This document shows, piece by piece, positions 1-9,800 of a stretch of DNA of 58,872 nucleotides. A program made the translations under genes and the position numbers. Source of the stretch: a virus (Duplodnaviria > Caudoviricetes); the IMG/VR virus record IMGVR_UViG_3300032896_000005, positions 1 through 58,872 of that record. The stretch is one strand, 5' to 3'. Position 1 is the stretch's first letter. The number at the start of each line of letters is the position of its first letter. The notes beneath the pieces were generated by a model, which had not been told where the DNA came from, ran no database searches, and saw only the letters and a list, made by a program, of their open reading frames with translations.

Positions 1-500
1 ACGGCGTAGGTGGGCCATTCGGCGGCGAGGGCGGAGCGGCTCATCCGGTAGCTGCGCCAGGTGAGGAGCCCCCCTTGCCCTTTGTTTTCCCTGGCGACGT
101 TTTCCCACACGACGACTTTCCGGAGGAGTGATTCGACGGCGGAGCTGTTGCTGACGCCGGCGACGTGGAGGTCGTCGGAGAAACGCTGGTGCATGCTGTC
201 GTTCATGGTGGCGCGGGATTCGGGGGCGACCCCTCGGGTGACACGACAGCGGATGGCGGTCCCGGAGCGGATGCAGGCGGTGAGGGTGTGCTGCCCGGCG
301 GCGATGTTCCCGTTCCAGTCGAACGTGACGCCGCCTTCCCCGTTTTCGAGGTACCGGCCGGCTTTCATGTCGTCCATGAGGAGTTTGACGCGCCATTCGC
401 GGATGGGGCGGTTGAGTTTGTTGTCGTCGAGGTATTTCTGGGCGAGTTGGGGGGTGATCGTCTCGGTGATGTGAGTGACGAACGGTTGGGTTTCCGACAT
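1..500 (-). CDS. ParB-like/DGQHR-type protein, truncated at the window edge
   Basis: Hand translation from ATG 500: MSETQPF...ITPQLAQKYLDDNKLNRPIREWRVKLLMDDMKAGRY...FDWNGNIAAGQHTL (DGQHR-like motif). Not in the ORF track because no stop lies in the window. Confidence 0.7.
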   Translation of the reverse strand, partial: MSETQPFVTHITETITPQLAQKYLDDNKLNRPIREWRVKLLMDDMKAGRYLENGEGGVTFDWNGNIAAGQHTLTACIRSGTAIRCRVTRGVAPESRATMNDSMHQRFSDDLHVAGVSNSSAVESLLRKVVVWENVARENKGQGGLLTWRSYRMSRSALAAEWPTYA

Positions 501-536
501 GGGAGGGAATCTAGACGAATGTCATGTTGATGTCAA
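501..536 (-). promoter_or_regulatory. Sigma70-type leaderless promoter
   Basis: Minus strand TTGACA-N17-TAGATT-N7-ATG(500). Confidence 0.75.
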
Positions 537-590
537 GTCGGTGTCGGTGTTGGGGGGTGGTTAGATGGGGGGGAAGGGTGGTGACGGCAG

Positions 591-905
591 GTGGGTGTGA
601 AGCTGACGCCGGCGGAGGCGCGGGAGATGCGGGTGCTGCGGGCGGCCGGGTTGTATTCGTTCGCGGCGCTGGCTGAGTTGTATGACGTCGCGGTGTCGAC
701 GGCGGAGCGGGTGGTGCACGGGCGGACGTTCCCGGAGGCGGGGGGGCCGGTGGAGCCGCCGGGGATGCGGGCGTGCTGGACGCGGCGGCGTCATCCTGAT
801 CATGGGGACGCGTCGATGTACGCGCGGGGGTGCCGGTGTGATAGGTGTTCGGAGGCGAACCGGGTGCGGTGCCGGGAGTGGAGGGCGCAGCGTGGATCTG
901 GGTGA
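591..905 (+). CDS. Small HTH DNA-binding protein with C-terminal Cys cluster
   Basis: KLTPAEAREMR...AALAELYDVAVSTAERVVHGRT HTH pattern; HG...Y..GCRCDRC motif. Confidence 0.6.
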   Translation: MGVKLTPAEAREMRVLRAAGLYSFAALAELYDVAVSTAERVVHGRTFPEAGGPVEPPGMRACWTRRRHPDHGDASMYARGCRCDRCSEANRVRCREWRAQRGSG

Positions 906-1335
906 GGTCGCGGGGTTCACGGGGTCACGGGAAGGGCTGACTAGTTTCCAGCGGGGGAACCTGCTGGGGTTGCTGTCGGAGCTGCGTCCCCGGGTGCTGC
1001 ATCACGGTGATTGCGTCGGCGCGGATGTGGAGGCGCATCTGTTCTGTGTTGCGTTGCGGGTGCGGGTGCGGATCCACCCGCCGGCTGATGACCGGCTGCG
1101 GGCGTTCTGCTCGTTCATCGGGTCGGGGGTGGAGATGATTGAGGACGCGAAGCCGTATTTGGTGCGGAACCGGGACATTGTGGATGAGTGTGATTATCTG
1201 ATCGGCTGCCCGGGTGGGGTGGAGGTGCGTCGTTCGGGGTCGTGGGCGACGATCCGTTATGCGCGTGAGCTGGGGAAACCTGTTTTTGTTTTGTATCCGG
1301 ACGGGCGGGTTGACAGTCCGGGCGGGTGTCGCTAG
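892..1335 (+). CDS. SLOG/DprA-like nucleotide-binding protein
   Basis: GFTGSR, HHGDCVGAD, RNRDIVD, SGSWATIRYA...KPV motifs; GTG at 892. Confidence 0.7.
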   Translation: MDLGEVAGFTGSREGLTSFQRGNLLGLLSELRPRVLHHGDCVGADVEAHLFCVALRVRVRIHPPADDRLRAFCSFIGSGVEMIEDAKPYLVRNRDIVDECDYLIGCPGGVEVRRSGSWATIRYARELGKPVFVLYPDGRVDSPGGCR

Positions 1336-1454
1336 TGTTCTGGGCGTGGCCGGCGGGATGTGTTCCCTGGTTGCGAGATAACCCCCCCGGGGATATTGAT
1401 GATCGTCTTTATCCTTGGGGGGTTTCCCGTTCATCAAACGTGAAAGAGGAAACA

Positions 1455-2447
1455 GTGAGAATCAGCAGGAGAATCCTTACCGGCCTGGGTGCTTTCACCC
1501 TTGTCGTGGGGGCAGCCGGCGCGGTGTCGGGGACGGCGGATGCTGCTGTCTCGCATCCCGTCGTGAGGGTCACGGTGGCTCCGGCTCCGTTCACGAACGA
1601 CACCGCCGGCGAGGCGGGGATCCTCATCTCCCAGGATAATCACACGCATTACCGGTATGTGGGGTCGGGGACGGTCGCGGCGACGGTGCTGTCGTCGCTT
1701 AACGACGTGACGGGTTCAGGCGCGTCGACGGTGATCCTGGACGGCGCTGAGGGTCAGGAGCTGTGCGACCCGAACACGGGTCTGGTCGCGCAGGACGGGA
1801 TGTTCTACGACCAGTCCAACGGGAAGTGGTACGTCGCGTACGCGTACGGGGTGTTCAACTCGACTGCGGTGGACGACGACACGGATGTGTGCGCGTCCGG
1901 GGGGCTCCTCGCGACCATCACGGAGAACGGGTCGTCGGCTCCGACGCTGACGAACGCTACCCCGTCTGTCCCGGCTGGTGACAGCCCGGCGGGAGCTAAC
2001 CGGGTGTACTCGGATGGGATCATCCCGATCACGGTGTCCAACGGCAATAAGGTGGACACGAGTGTGTACTTCAACGCGAACTCCCGGGTGAAGGACAAGT
2101 CGATTCAGTTCGCGGTCGCGGACACGACGACCGGGTGGGCGCGCACTGACACTGTGCCGGTGAACCAGGGGCGCAGGTCGGTGTCTCCGGAGTTCTGGGA
2201 GACGGGCGCTGGGGCGTTCACGGATAACATCACGACGAACGCGTTCGACGCGATCTCCCCGATCAACCTGTCGGGGGTGACGGTGAACTACTACTCGTCG
2301 GACAAGCCGGCGTACCCGATTTACACGGCGACCCCGTACTACGGGACGGGCGGTCTCGTCGCGGTGTCGGCGACGAACGGCACGGCGACGCTCACCCCGG
2401 TGGAGGTTTCGACGAGTTCGTTCAATCTTACGGAGTCCGAAGGGTAA
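1455..2447 (+). CDS. Exported Ser/Thr-rich beta protein (moron-like)
   Basis: SD GAGGA then GTG; signal peptide RISRR + hydrophobic stretch + ADA/AA; followed by a terminator. Confidence 0.7.
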   Translation: MRISRRILTGLGAFTLVVGAAGAVSGTADAAVSHPVVRVTVAPAPFTNDTAGEAGILISQDNHTHYRYVGSGTVAATVLSSLNDVTGSGASTVILDGAEGQELCDPNTGLVAQDGMFYDQSNGKWYVAYAYGVFNSTAVDDDTDVCASGGLLATITENGSSAPTLTNATPSVPAGDSPAGANRVYSDGIIPITVSNGNKVDTSVYFNANSRVKDKSIQFAVADTTTGWARTDTVPVNQGRRSVSPEFWETGAGAFTDNITTNAFDAISPINLSGVTVNYYSSDKPAYPIYTATPYYGTGGLVAVSATNGTATLTPVEVSTSSFNLTESEG

Positions 2448-2469
2448 GTTAAGCTCTTCGGTTCGGCTG

Positions 2470-2520
2470 GCCGCCCGGGAAAAAATGGTCCCCCCGTTTT
2501 TTCCCGGGCGGCTCTTTTCT
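2470..2520 (+). terminator. Intrinsic terminator
   Basis: GCCGCCCGGGAAAAAATGG / CCGTTTTTTCCCGGGCGGC stem followed by TCTTTTCT. Confidence 0.8.
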
Positions 2521-2577
2521 ATGAGAAGGAGACGATGATGGTGTATGAGATGATCGTGAACGTGAAGAAGGATGAGG

Positions 2578-2751
2578 ATGACAATGGTGAATGGTGACAC
2601 CCCCCCGAACCCGGGGTCGGATGAGGCTTCCGCTCTCGGCTGCAAATGCGCGGTGATGGATAACAATCACGGGAAGTACCCTCCGTTCTCCCCGAACGGC
2701 TGGTGGATCACGGAGGGGTGCCCTGTCCACGCTCCGATGGAAGGAAAGTGA
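2578..2751 (+). CDS. Small Cys/His phage protein
   Basis: PNPGSDEA..LGCKCAVMDNNHG...WWITEGCPVH; its TGA overlaps the GTG of the next gene. Confidence 0.6.
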   Translation: MTMVNGDTPPNPGSDEASALGCKCAVMDNNHGKYPPFSPNGWWITEGCPVHAPMEGK

Positions 2752-4031
2752 AATTGCGCGTCACAGTCACGGGTCTCGGCTACCTCGGCCTGGTCCACGC
2801 CGCTGCTTTGGCGGAGATGGGGAATCATGTGGTGGGGATGGACAACGATGAGGAGCGGATGCGTCTCATCGAGGGGGGGGTGACGCCGTTTCATGAGCCG
2901 GAGCTGGCGGAGCTGGTCGAGGATCATGTGCGGACGGGGCAGCTGCGGTTCACGTCGGATGTCGCGGAGGTCGGGAAGTACGCGAATGTGCATTTCCTCT
3001 GCGTGGGAACCCCGGTGAACGATGACGGGGAGGTGAACTTGGATTACCTGTTCGACGCGGTGCATGCTCTTGTCCCGCATCTGAAAGGGACGGGGAACCT
3101 TCTGGTGGGGAAGTCGACGACTCCGCCGGGGACCGCCGCGAAGCTGCGTGTGACAGCGCGGGCTGCCGCCCCGGCGGGGGTGGGGGTGGATGTGGCGTGG
3201 AACCCGGAGTTTCTCCGGGAGGGGACCGCCGTGCAGGATTCCCTGTACCCGTCACGTTTGGTTCTCGGGGTGGGCGGGAGGGACGCGGAGCGGGTCCTGC
3301 GGGAAGTCTACTCATATCTGATCGTCGCGCATACGCATGTGTCGGTGACGGACACCCGCACGGCGGAGCTGGCGAAACTTGCCAGCAACGCGTTCCTCGC
3401 AACGAAAATCTCGTTTATCAACGGGATCGCGCAGTACTGTGATGTGAACGGGGGGGATCCGCTGGGGGTCGCGGAGATCATGGGGTGGGATCATCGTATC
3501 GGCCGGCTGGGGATGCATCCAGGGTTGGGGTATGGGGGCGGGTGCCTCCCGAAGGATGTGGAGATGCTGACCCGCCTCGCGGATGATCATGGGGCGCGGC
3601 GGCTGGCGGGGTTGTTGAAGCAGGTGACGCGGATCAACGACTGGCGTCGGCAGCAGGTGCTTATCCTCGCTAAGAGTCTCCTCGGCGGGTTTGAGGGGAA
3701 GCGGGTGGCGGTGCTGGGGCTGGCGTTCAAGTCGGGGACGTCGGATATGCGAGAGTCGCCGGGGATGTACCTCGCTTACACTCTGATGTACGCCGGGGCG
3801 GAGGTGACCGTTTACGACCCTCATGCGGACAGCCCTGATTTCGTCAGCGGGAGGTCGGCGGAGGAGGCGATGGCGTGCACGGATCTGGTGATCGTCACGA
3901 CGAACGACCCGGCGTGGACGCAGATCAACCCGGCGGAGCTGGCCCCGGGGACGGTGATTGACTGCCGGTATGTGCTGGACCGGCGGAAGTGGGAGGCGGC
4001 GGAGTGGGATTACCATGAGGTGGGACGGTGA
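2748..4031 (+). CDS. ugd: UDP-glucose/GDP-mannose 6-dehydrogenase family
   Basis: GLGYLG Rossmann motif, CVGTP, KSTxPPGT, NPEFLREG, GYGGGCLPKD (catalytic Cys), GLAFK...DMRESP. Confidence 0.93.
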   Translation: MKLRVTVTGLGYLGLVHAAALAEMGNHVVGMDNDEERMRLIEGGVTPFHEPELAELVEDHVRTGQLRFTSDVAEVGKYANVHFLCVGTPVNDDGEVNLDYLFDAVHALVPHLKGTGNLLVGKSTTPPGTAAKLRVTARAAAPAGVGVDVAWNPEFLREGTAVQDSLYPSRLVLGVGGRDAERVLREVYSYLIVAHTHVSVTDTRTAELAKLASNAFLATKISFINGIAQYCDVNGGDPLGVAEIMGWDHRIGRLGMHPGLGYGGGCLPKDVEMLTRLADDHGARRLAGLLKQVTRINDWRRQQVLILAKSLLGGFEGKRVAVLGLAFKSGTSDMRESPGMYLAYTLMYAGAEVTVYDPHADSPDFVSGRSAEEAMACTDLVIVTTNDPAWTQINPAELAPGTVIDCRYVLDRRKWEAAEWDYHEVGR

Positions 4032-4222
4032 GCATGCCATGGGAGACGCCCCCGGGGGAGAGCGTGAAGTGGTTTATCGAGGAGATGGGAGCTGAGGTGA
4101 TCACGGAACTTGACGATGATGACGTCATCTCCTGCGACCCGTATGACCCGGAGGAGTGGGAGCGGGGTTACCCGCCCCGACGCCCGGAGATTACCGTCCC
4201 GGTGGACGGGAGGTACCTGTGA
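4028..4222 (+). CDS. Small acidic hypothetical protein
   Basis: GTGA overlaps at both ends. Confidence 0.55.
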   Translation: MSMPWETPPGESVKWFIEEMGAEVITELDDDDVISCDPYDPEEWERGYPPRRPEITVPVDGRYL

Positions 4223-4680
4223 GTAACTCGAAGAGGAGCATTTTCCCCTGCGACTGCCACGACTTCCACTTCCTGATCTTCGAATGGTTCCCCGAAGATA
4301 AGCACCTTGACCCTGAACTGTGGGTGCAGGCTTACCTTTCCGTCGGCGGGAAAGACTGGGATTCATGGAAGACCCGCCTCACAGCGATCTGGCGTGTCCT
4401 GCGGGGTCGGGAGACAAGCACCTATGAGGTTATCCTGCGGAGGGAACAAGTGATAAATCTCCGGAACGACCTCAACGACTATCTCACGACGGCGGGGGGA
4501 GGGTCGTGGCTTGACGATCTCGCGGGAGCAAGCGCTCACATCGGCTTGTCCGGTCCGAGTGTCTGCACTGCGCATATGCGGTTCATCCCCTGCGGGTCAT
4601 CGAAAACGGACTGTGTTATCTCCGACAAGCCGGAGGACGTTGAGCGTGTCAGGAAATTCCAGGGGGGAACGACGGTTTAA
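4219..4680 (+). CDS. Hypothetical protein
   Basis: GTG coupled to the upstream stop; SD GGAGG. Confidence 0.6.
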   Translation: MSNSKRSIFPCDCHDFHFLIFEWFPEDKHLDPELWVQAYLSVGGKDWDSWKTRLTAIWRVLRGRETSTYEVILRREQVINLRNDLNDYLTTAGGGSWLDDLAGASAHIGLSGPSVCTAHMRFIPCGSSKTDCVISDKPEDVERVRKFQGGTTV

Positions 4681-4687
4681 TCGTCGG

Positions 4688-5073
4688 GTGGCTCTGCTGT
4701 GGGTGCTTGTGATGGCGGCGATGGTCACGGTGTGGTTCGTCCCGCGCGGGGTGGGTGGGGGTGGGTGTGGTACGCGCTGGCGGCGGCGTTGTTCCTGTTC
4801 CTCAACTGGGTGTGGGATATCAGCTTTGACTGGGGGAAGATGTACCAGATGTCATTCGATTTCTCCGATCAGACCGCGAAGATGACCCCCCCGGATACCC
4901 GATGCTATTCAGTGGCGGTGATGAAACGCGGTTTCCCCCCGAGGCTGATCTGGGTGGTGGTCGTGAATGATCACGGGTCTCGGGTGTACATGGGCTGGTG
5001 TTTCTGGTCGCGGAGAACCCCGGATTTCCGGAAAGCGGTAACGCGGGGTATTCGACGCAGGCAAGTCGCCTGA
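4688..5073 (+). CDS. Small membrane protein(s), with an apparent frameshift in the G-rich tract near 4750
   Basis: Hydrophobic segment VALLWVLVMAAMVTVW in one frame continues as WVWYALAAALFLFLNW in another; ATGA overlap at 4882 suggests a second gene. Confidence 0.4.
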
Positions 5074-5088
5074 TATATCATTGGTTTT

Positions 5089-5709
5089 ATGTCGGCGACT
5101 ATTCCCGCTCATGTGATTCTGCGCGCTGATTTCCGTGATACGGTCCGTGAGACCCTCGCGTTGAATGAGGTTCTCGAACGGATCATCACGATTAAATCAT
5201 GGATGCCCGCAGGGGGGGATTTCCACGGTAAAGTCAGCCATTCCCCCCCGCCGTGGAACAGCAGCGCGGCGAACGCGATCCTTGATCTGCATTCCTGGTC
5301 CCGCCGCACGGAGATGACCGTGCGGCGGGACCTCGGCTTGCCCGCACGCCCCCGGGGGGGGTCGTCGGCTAACACCGGCTGCGCGTTGGGGAGTTTGACG
5401 CGGATGGCGGAGGCTCTCCCGGACCCTCAGGTCGGCTACTGCAAAACGTGGCTGTCAGGGTGGTGCCGGAAAAGCCAGGTGATCCTGGGGACGCAGGAGG
5501 CCGCTAAACGACTCCCCAGGGAGCTGGGGCAGTCGGAACCCGCATGCCCGTGGTGTAAACGGAAAACTCTCCGGCAATTGGCTTTGGAGGGGGCTATCTT
5601 CTGCTGTGACCCGACATGCCATGATGATGATGGTAATCGGCCGAAAGCGCGGCTAGAATATTTCAGGGGCGAGTTGACGTTGCTTTGGCAGGATGGTGTG
5701 AGAACATAA
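5089..5709 (+). CDS. Hypothetical protein with C-terminal zinc ribbon
   Basis: CPWC...CCDPTC; leaderless-type TATCAT-N7-ATG upstream. Confidence 0.7.
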   Translation: MSATIPAHVILRADFRDTVRETLALNEVLERIITIKSWMPAGGDFHGKVSHSPPPWNSSAANAILDLHSWSRRTEMTVRRDLGLPARPRGGSSANTGCALGSLTRMAEALPDPQVGYCKTWLSGWCRKSQVILGTQEAAKRLPRELGQSEPACPWCKRKTLRQLALEGAIFCCDPTCHDDDGNRPKARLEYFRGELTLLWQDGVRT

Positions 5710-6287
5710 TGGTTCCGCAGTTGGGTGATATCGCCTGCTTGCAGATTTCCGGGCAGGTCGGGGAGCTTATCCGCGTCGGCCAGTGGCTGTGCGGGGACGG
5801 TTTCCGTAACTTTGAGCATTGCGAGATCTATGTGGGGCTCCCGGATGAGGAAGGCCCTCTTGGGTATACGCTGGGCGCTTATCCGGGGGGCGCTGCTCTC
5901 GTTCCGGTCCCTGAGGATCAGGGTGGGTGGCTGTGGTCCGCCGGCAGTGTTAAGCTGACGGATTCGCAGCGGGGGAAGATCGTCGAGACGGCTTTGTCGC
6001 TTAAAGGCACCCCGTACAGCGCCCTGGATTATTTCGCTATCGCGGCGCACCGGCTGCATATCCCTGATCCGGATGATGAGCTGCGGAAGTACATCGGGGA
6101 CAGCAAGCATATGATCTGCTCGCAGCTCGTCGATTACTGTTATCTGCAGGCGGGGGTGCATCTGTTCAATAACGGCCGGTGGCCGGGGTACGTCACCCCG
6201 GAGGACATCGCCAACGTGATCTCGCATCCGGGGAACATCATCTACGGGAAGGTGAAGAATGCCAGACCAGCGATGCGGATGCCGTAG
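5709..6287 (+). CDS. Permuted papain-like amidase (YiiX/YaeF-type NlpC/P60)
   Basis: GD...HCEIYVG precedes GTPY...ICSQLV, giving the His-before-Cys permuted order. Confidence 0.8.
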   Translation: MVPQLGDIACLQISGQVGELIRVGQWLCGDGFRNFEHCEIYVGLPDEEGPLGYTLGAYPGGAALVPVPEDQGGWLWSAGSVKLTDSQRGKIVETALSLKGTPYSALDYFAIAAHRLHIPDPDDELRKYIGDSKHMICSQLVDYCYLQAGVHLFNNGRWPGYVTPEDIANVISHPGNIIYGKVKNARPAMRMP

Positions 6288-6549
6288 AGGCTGGGCGGGG
6301 GTTTCGGAGGTTCCCGTTGACGGGAAGAACTGGCCTCTTGAGTTCGCCGCCAGGACGTTGGGCATCCCGGAGCGGGACCTTAGAGATCTCGTTCGTATCA
6401 TGGGGTTGTCGCCGACGGGGACGATGCCGATGGCTCAGTACCGGCGCTCCGGGAGGAACCCGCGTGTTTATGATGCGGCTAAGCTGGTCCGCCTGTATCA
6501 GCTGACACGGGAGCTGTCAGCAGAGTTGGGTACTCCGGACGGGGGTTAA
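6259..6549 (+). CDS. Putative HTH DNA-binding protein
   Basis: AARTLGIPERDLRDLVR...GRNPRVYD pattern. Confidence 0.55.
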   Translation: MPDQRCGCRRGWAGVSEVPVDGKNWPLEFAARTLGIPERDLRDLVRIMGLSPTGTMPMAQYRRSGRNPRVYDAAKLVRLYQLTRELSAELGTPDGG

Positions 6550-6766
6550 GCCCTTCCGTGTTATCCCAGACGACGATCATGACCCTGCGGGATGATGAAA
6601 ATGGCAGGGTGAGTTCATCATCAGGGTGATTCTCGCAGCCGCAGAGGTGATCAGGGAGAAGCTGGATCATCTGCCGGACGCAGTGCACGTCATCATGCTC
6701 GTCGTCTTGCCATCCCTCGGAGTCGAGGAATTCACGGAGCCATTCTTCGGGTGTGATAGTGGACAT
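6479..6766 (-). CDS. Hypothetical protein
   Basis: ATG with AAGGA upstream; fills the gap before TerL. Confidence 0.45.
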   Translation of the reverse strand: MSTITPEEWLREFLDSEGWQDDEHDDVHCVRQMIQLLPDHLCGCENHPDDELTLPFSSSRRVMIVVWDNTEGLNPRPEYPTLLTAPVSADTGGPA

Positions 6767-6830
6767 TTCCTTTAAATTCCGCTATATCTGACGTAAGGAC
6801 CATTGTGCCTTACGAAAATGTGGTGATGGT

Positions 6831-9800
6831 GTAGCGTACGATCTTCCAAGCGATTTCGATGACTGGCCCGACGCGGTTAAGAAGTACTTCATCGACGAGC
6901 TGCACAAGAAAATCCCTAAACCCCCCCGTCCATGGTACACCATGGCCCGCCCGAAGCAGCTTCCCCCCGACCATCCCAGGCATCATCTCCCGGATAAGAA
7001 CGGGTACCGCTGCCGGTGGGTTGACAAGGAAGGGGTGACGCACCTCTGCCAAGGGCAGGCTGACTGGTTCATCTGGCTTTTCATGGCAGGTCGGGGTTGC
7101 GTCGCCGGGGAGACTAGGATTTACCTTCCGATGGAGGGGCGGCATGAGCGAATTGACGTGCTTGCCCGTGCGGGGAGGCCGATCACGGTACTGTCGCTAA
7201 CGGAGGACGGGGCTCGGGCTGTTCGGACGGATGGCGCTCCGTTCGTCCGGGGAGCGGACCAGCTTTACCGGGTCAGCCTGGCTGACGGCAGCGTTATCAC
7301 TGTGACGGGTCGTCATCGCTTCCTGACCCCGCAAGGATGGCGGCGATTCGCTGACGTGCGCGTCGGACAGCTTCTAGCCGGCGGCGCTCCCGTTCCTCCG
7401 GAGGGAGGTTCCTCTTCCCTATCAGGGTTTCCCGCAGATGCGCGGCGTTGGAAGAATACAGTCGCAGATTCTCGATCCGGTTATCCGAGGTATCACCGTT
7501 ACGGTGGTCAACCACCTCAGTCGGAAGTAGATAACGACCAAGAAAATGCTCCATCACCAGACGGTGCTGACGCACATATCCAGATGATGTCGCATGCGGA
7601 TGACCGGGTGCCTTCACGAGAATGTACCCATCTTCATCTACAGAATAGCCTCCGCGCCAGAAGTAATTACGCTCCGGGCGGGCTTTCGCTTCCAGCCGTG
7701 GCAGGTCTAGCTCTACTAGACGCTGGCGAACTGTTTCCTCGTCGCAGTCTAGTATCTCAGCCATTTCACGACACGTCAGCTGCTGCGAGTGGAAATAACG
7801 CAGGCGTTCCTCGTCGAGGTAGAATCGACGGGCCTCTGACATCCGTTTCCGGGTGGCGGGAGTTTTCCGGTGACCGCGCAGTCGGACTCCGGCTCTCTGG
7901 AGGGCACGACCTACCGTCTGGTAGGAAACACCGAGCTGTTCTGCTAGATCTTTCAGATTCTCACCTGCCTGATAGCGCTCTATCAGTTCCGGGAGCAGCT
8001 CAGGAGGAACACGGGAAGACCCTGGCGACGGCATGTGCGGATGCTATCACGTGGGCGCGGGTGGCGGCTATAACTCCTGCTGGGATGGGATTGTTCTATG
8101 ACATGACAGTTCCCGGGGCGGAGAATTACGCCGCTGAGGGGCTGTGGAATCACAACTGCGGGAAAACCCTCGCCGGCGCTAACTGGATTATCGAGCAGGC
8201 CCTCACCTACCCCGGCACAAGATGGGCTGTCGTCGCGCCCACCTACGATCAGGTGCAGAACGTCTGCTTCGCCGCCGTTGACTCAGGGATACGCGCGCAG
8301 GCGCAACCCGGGGAGCTGGTTGATTACAACAAGAACAACATGCTCCTCACCATGAGCAACGGGAGTGAGATCAAGGGGTTCTCCGCTGAGAACCCGGAAC
8401 GCGTGAGAGGGTACAACCTCGCCGGCGCGTGGCTTGATGAGGTCGGCTCCTACCGGTATCGGAGTATCTGGGATGAGGTTCTCCAGCCTGCTCTCCGTAA
8501 AGGGGACCCTAAGGTCATCGTCACGACCACCCCCAGCGCTTCCCCGCTTTTGAAGGAATGGTACGAACGGTGGCTGTCCCACGCCAAGAAAGGCGAAACC
8601 TGCGATATCCACCTGACGTCGGCTGTTTTCAAGGAGAATGACACGCTCCCCCCGAAAAGGGTTGAGGATCTTGAACGGCAGTACGGCGGCACTAGGATCG
8701 GCCGTCAGGAGCTTGAGGGGGAGATGCTGGAGGACTTCGAAGGCGCTTTGTGGCGTCGGGAGTTCATCGAAGCGCACCGGGTGAAAGAATCCGGGTTCTT
8801 CCATGAGAACGGGAAACTGAAAACAGAATTGTTCTCCCGGATCGTCGTCGCGGTGGACCCGTCGATGACGTCCGGGGAACGGTCGGATGAGTCGGGGATC
8901 ATCATCGCCGGGCAGGGCACCGACAATGAGGCGTACATCATCGCTGACTGGTCCGTGAACGGCACCCCTGAGATGGTGATGGGCAGGGCCGTCGCCGCCT
9001 ACTACGAGTTCTACGCGGACTGCGTGGTGATGGAGGCGAACCAGGGCGGGGATTACCTCACGAAGGCTCTCCGCACCGCCGATCCGAACGTCCCCCCTCG
9101 TATTGTGCGGGCGTCGAAGGGGAAGCTGATCCGCGCGCAGCCGGTGTCGATGCTCGCGGAGCAGGGTCGCCTGCATCATATCGGGACGTTTCAGAAGCTG
9201 GAGGATCAGCTCTGCTTGGCGGCGGGGACGCTGATCACGGTTCCTGCCGGTAAGATCCCTATTGAGTCTGTGATCGCCGGCGAAAAAGTTTTGACGCGGA
9301 AAGGATGGCGTTCCGTCACCTCTGTTTCCTGCACAGGCGTCCGGGGAACAGTGGAAATCGAGACTGGTATCGGGAATCTCGTGTGCACTCCGGACCATCC
9401 TGTATTCGTCGAAGAAATAGGGTGGGTAGAGGCTGGTTTTCTTCGTCCGGGTGATAAACTTGTTACGTGCCTAGAAAAATTGTCTGACCTTACGTCGAGT
9501 TCAACGGCGAGAAGTATTTCCTTGAGAACACCGGATATTACCGGGCAAGTCGTTCTAGAGGAAGACGGATCTTGCACCGTGATATCTGGGAAGACGCCTA
9601 CGGGCCTATCCCTGACGGATATCACATTCACCATAAAGACCATGATAAGGGTCACAACTGGCTCTCCAATCTCGTTGCGGTCACCCCTTCTGACCATGTT
9701 CGCGCCCACGGGGTACGCGGAGCATGGGCGTTCGCTGGATAATCACAGGCATCCCTCGCCCGGGGAATCTGGTAACGTCGAAAGTCCGTCGGGCCTCTTC

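Noticed and set aside
4740-4775. Frame switch in a small membrane gene
   Set aside because: Lies in a low-complexity G/T tract; an indel error or decay is more likely than recoding.
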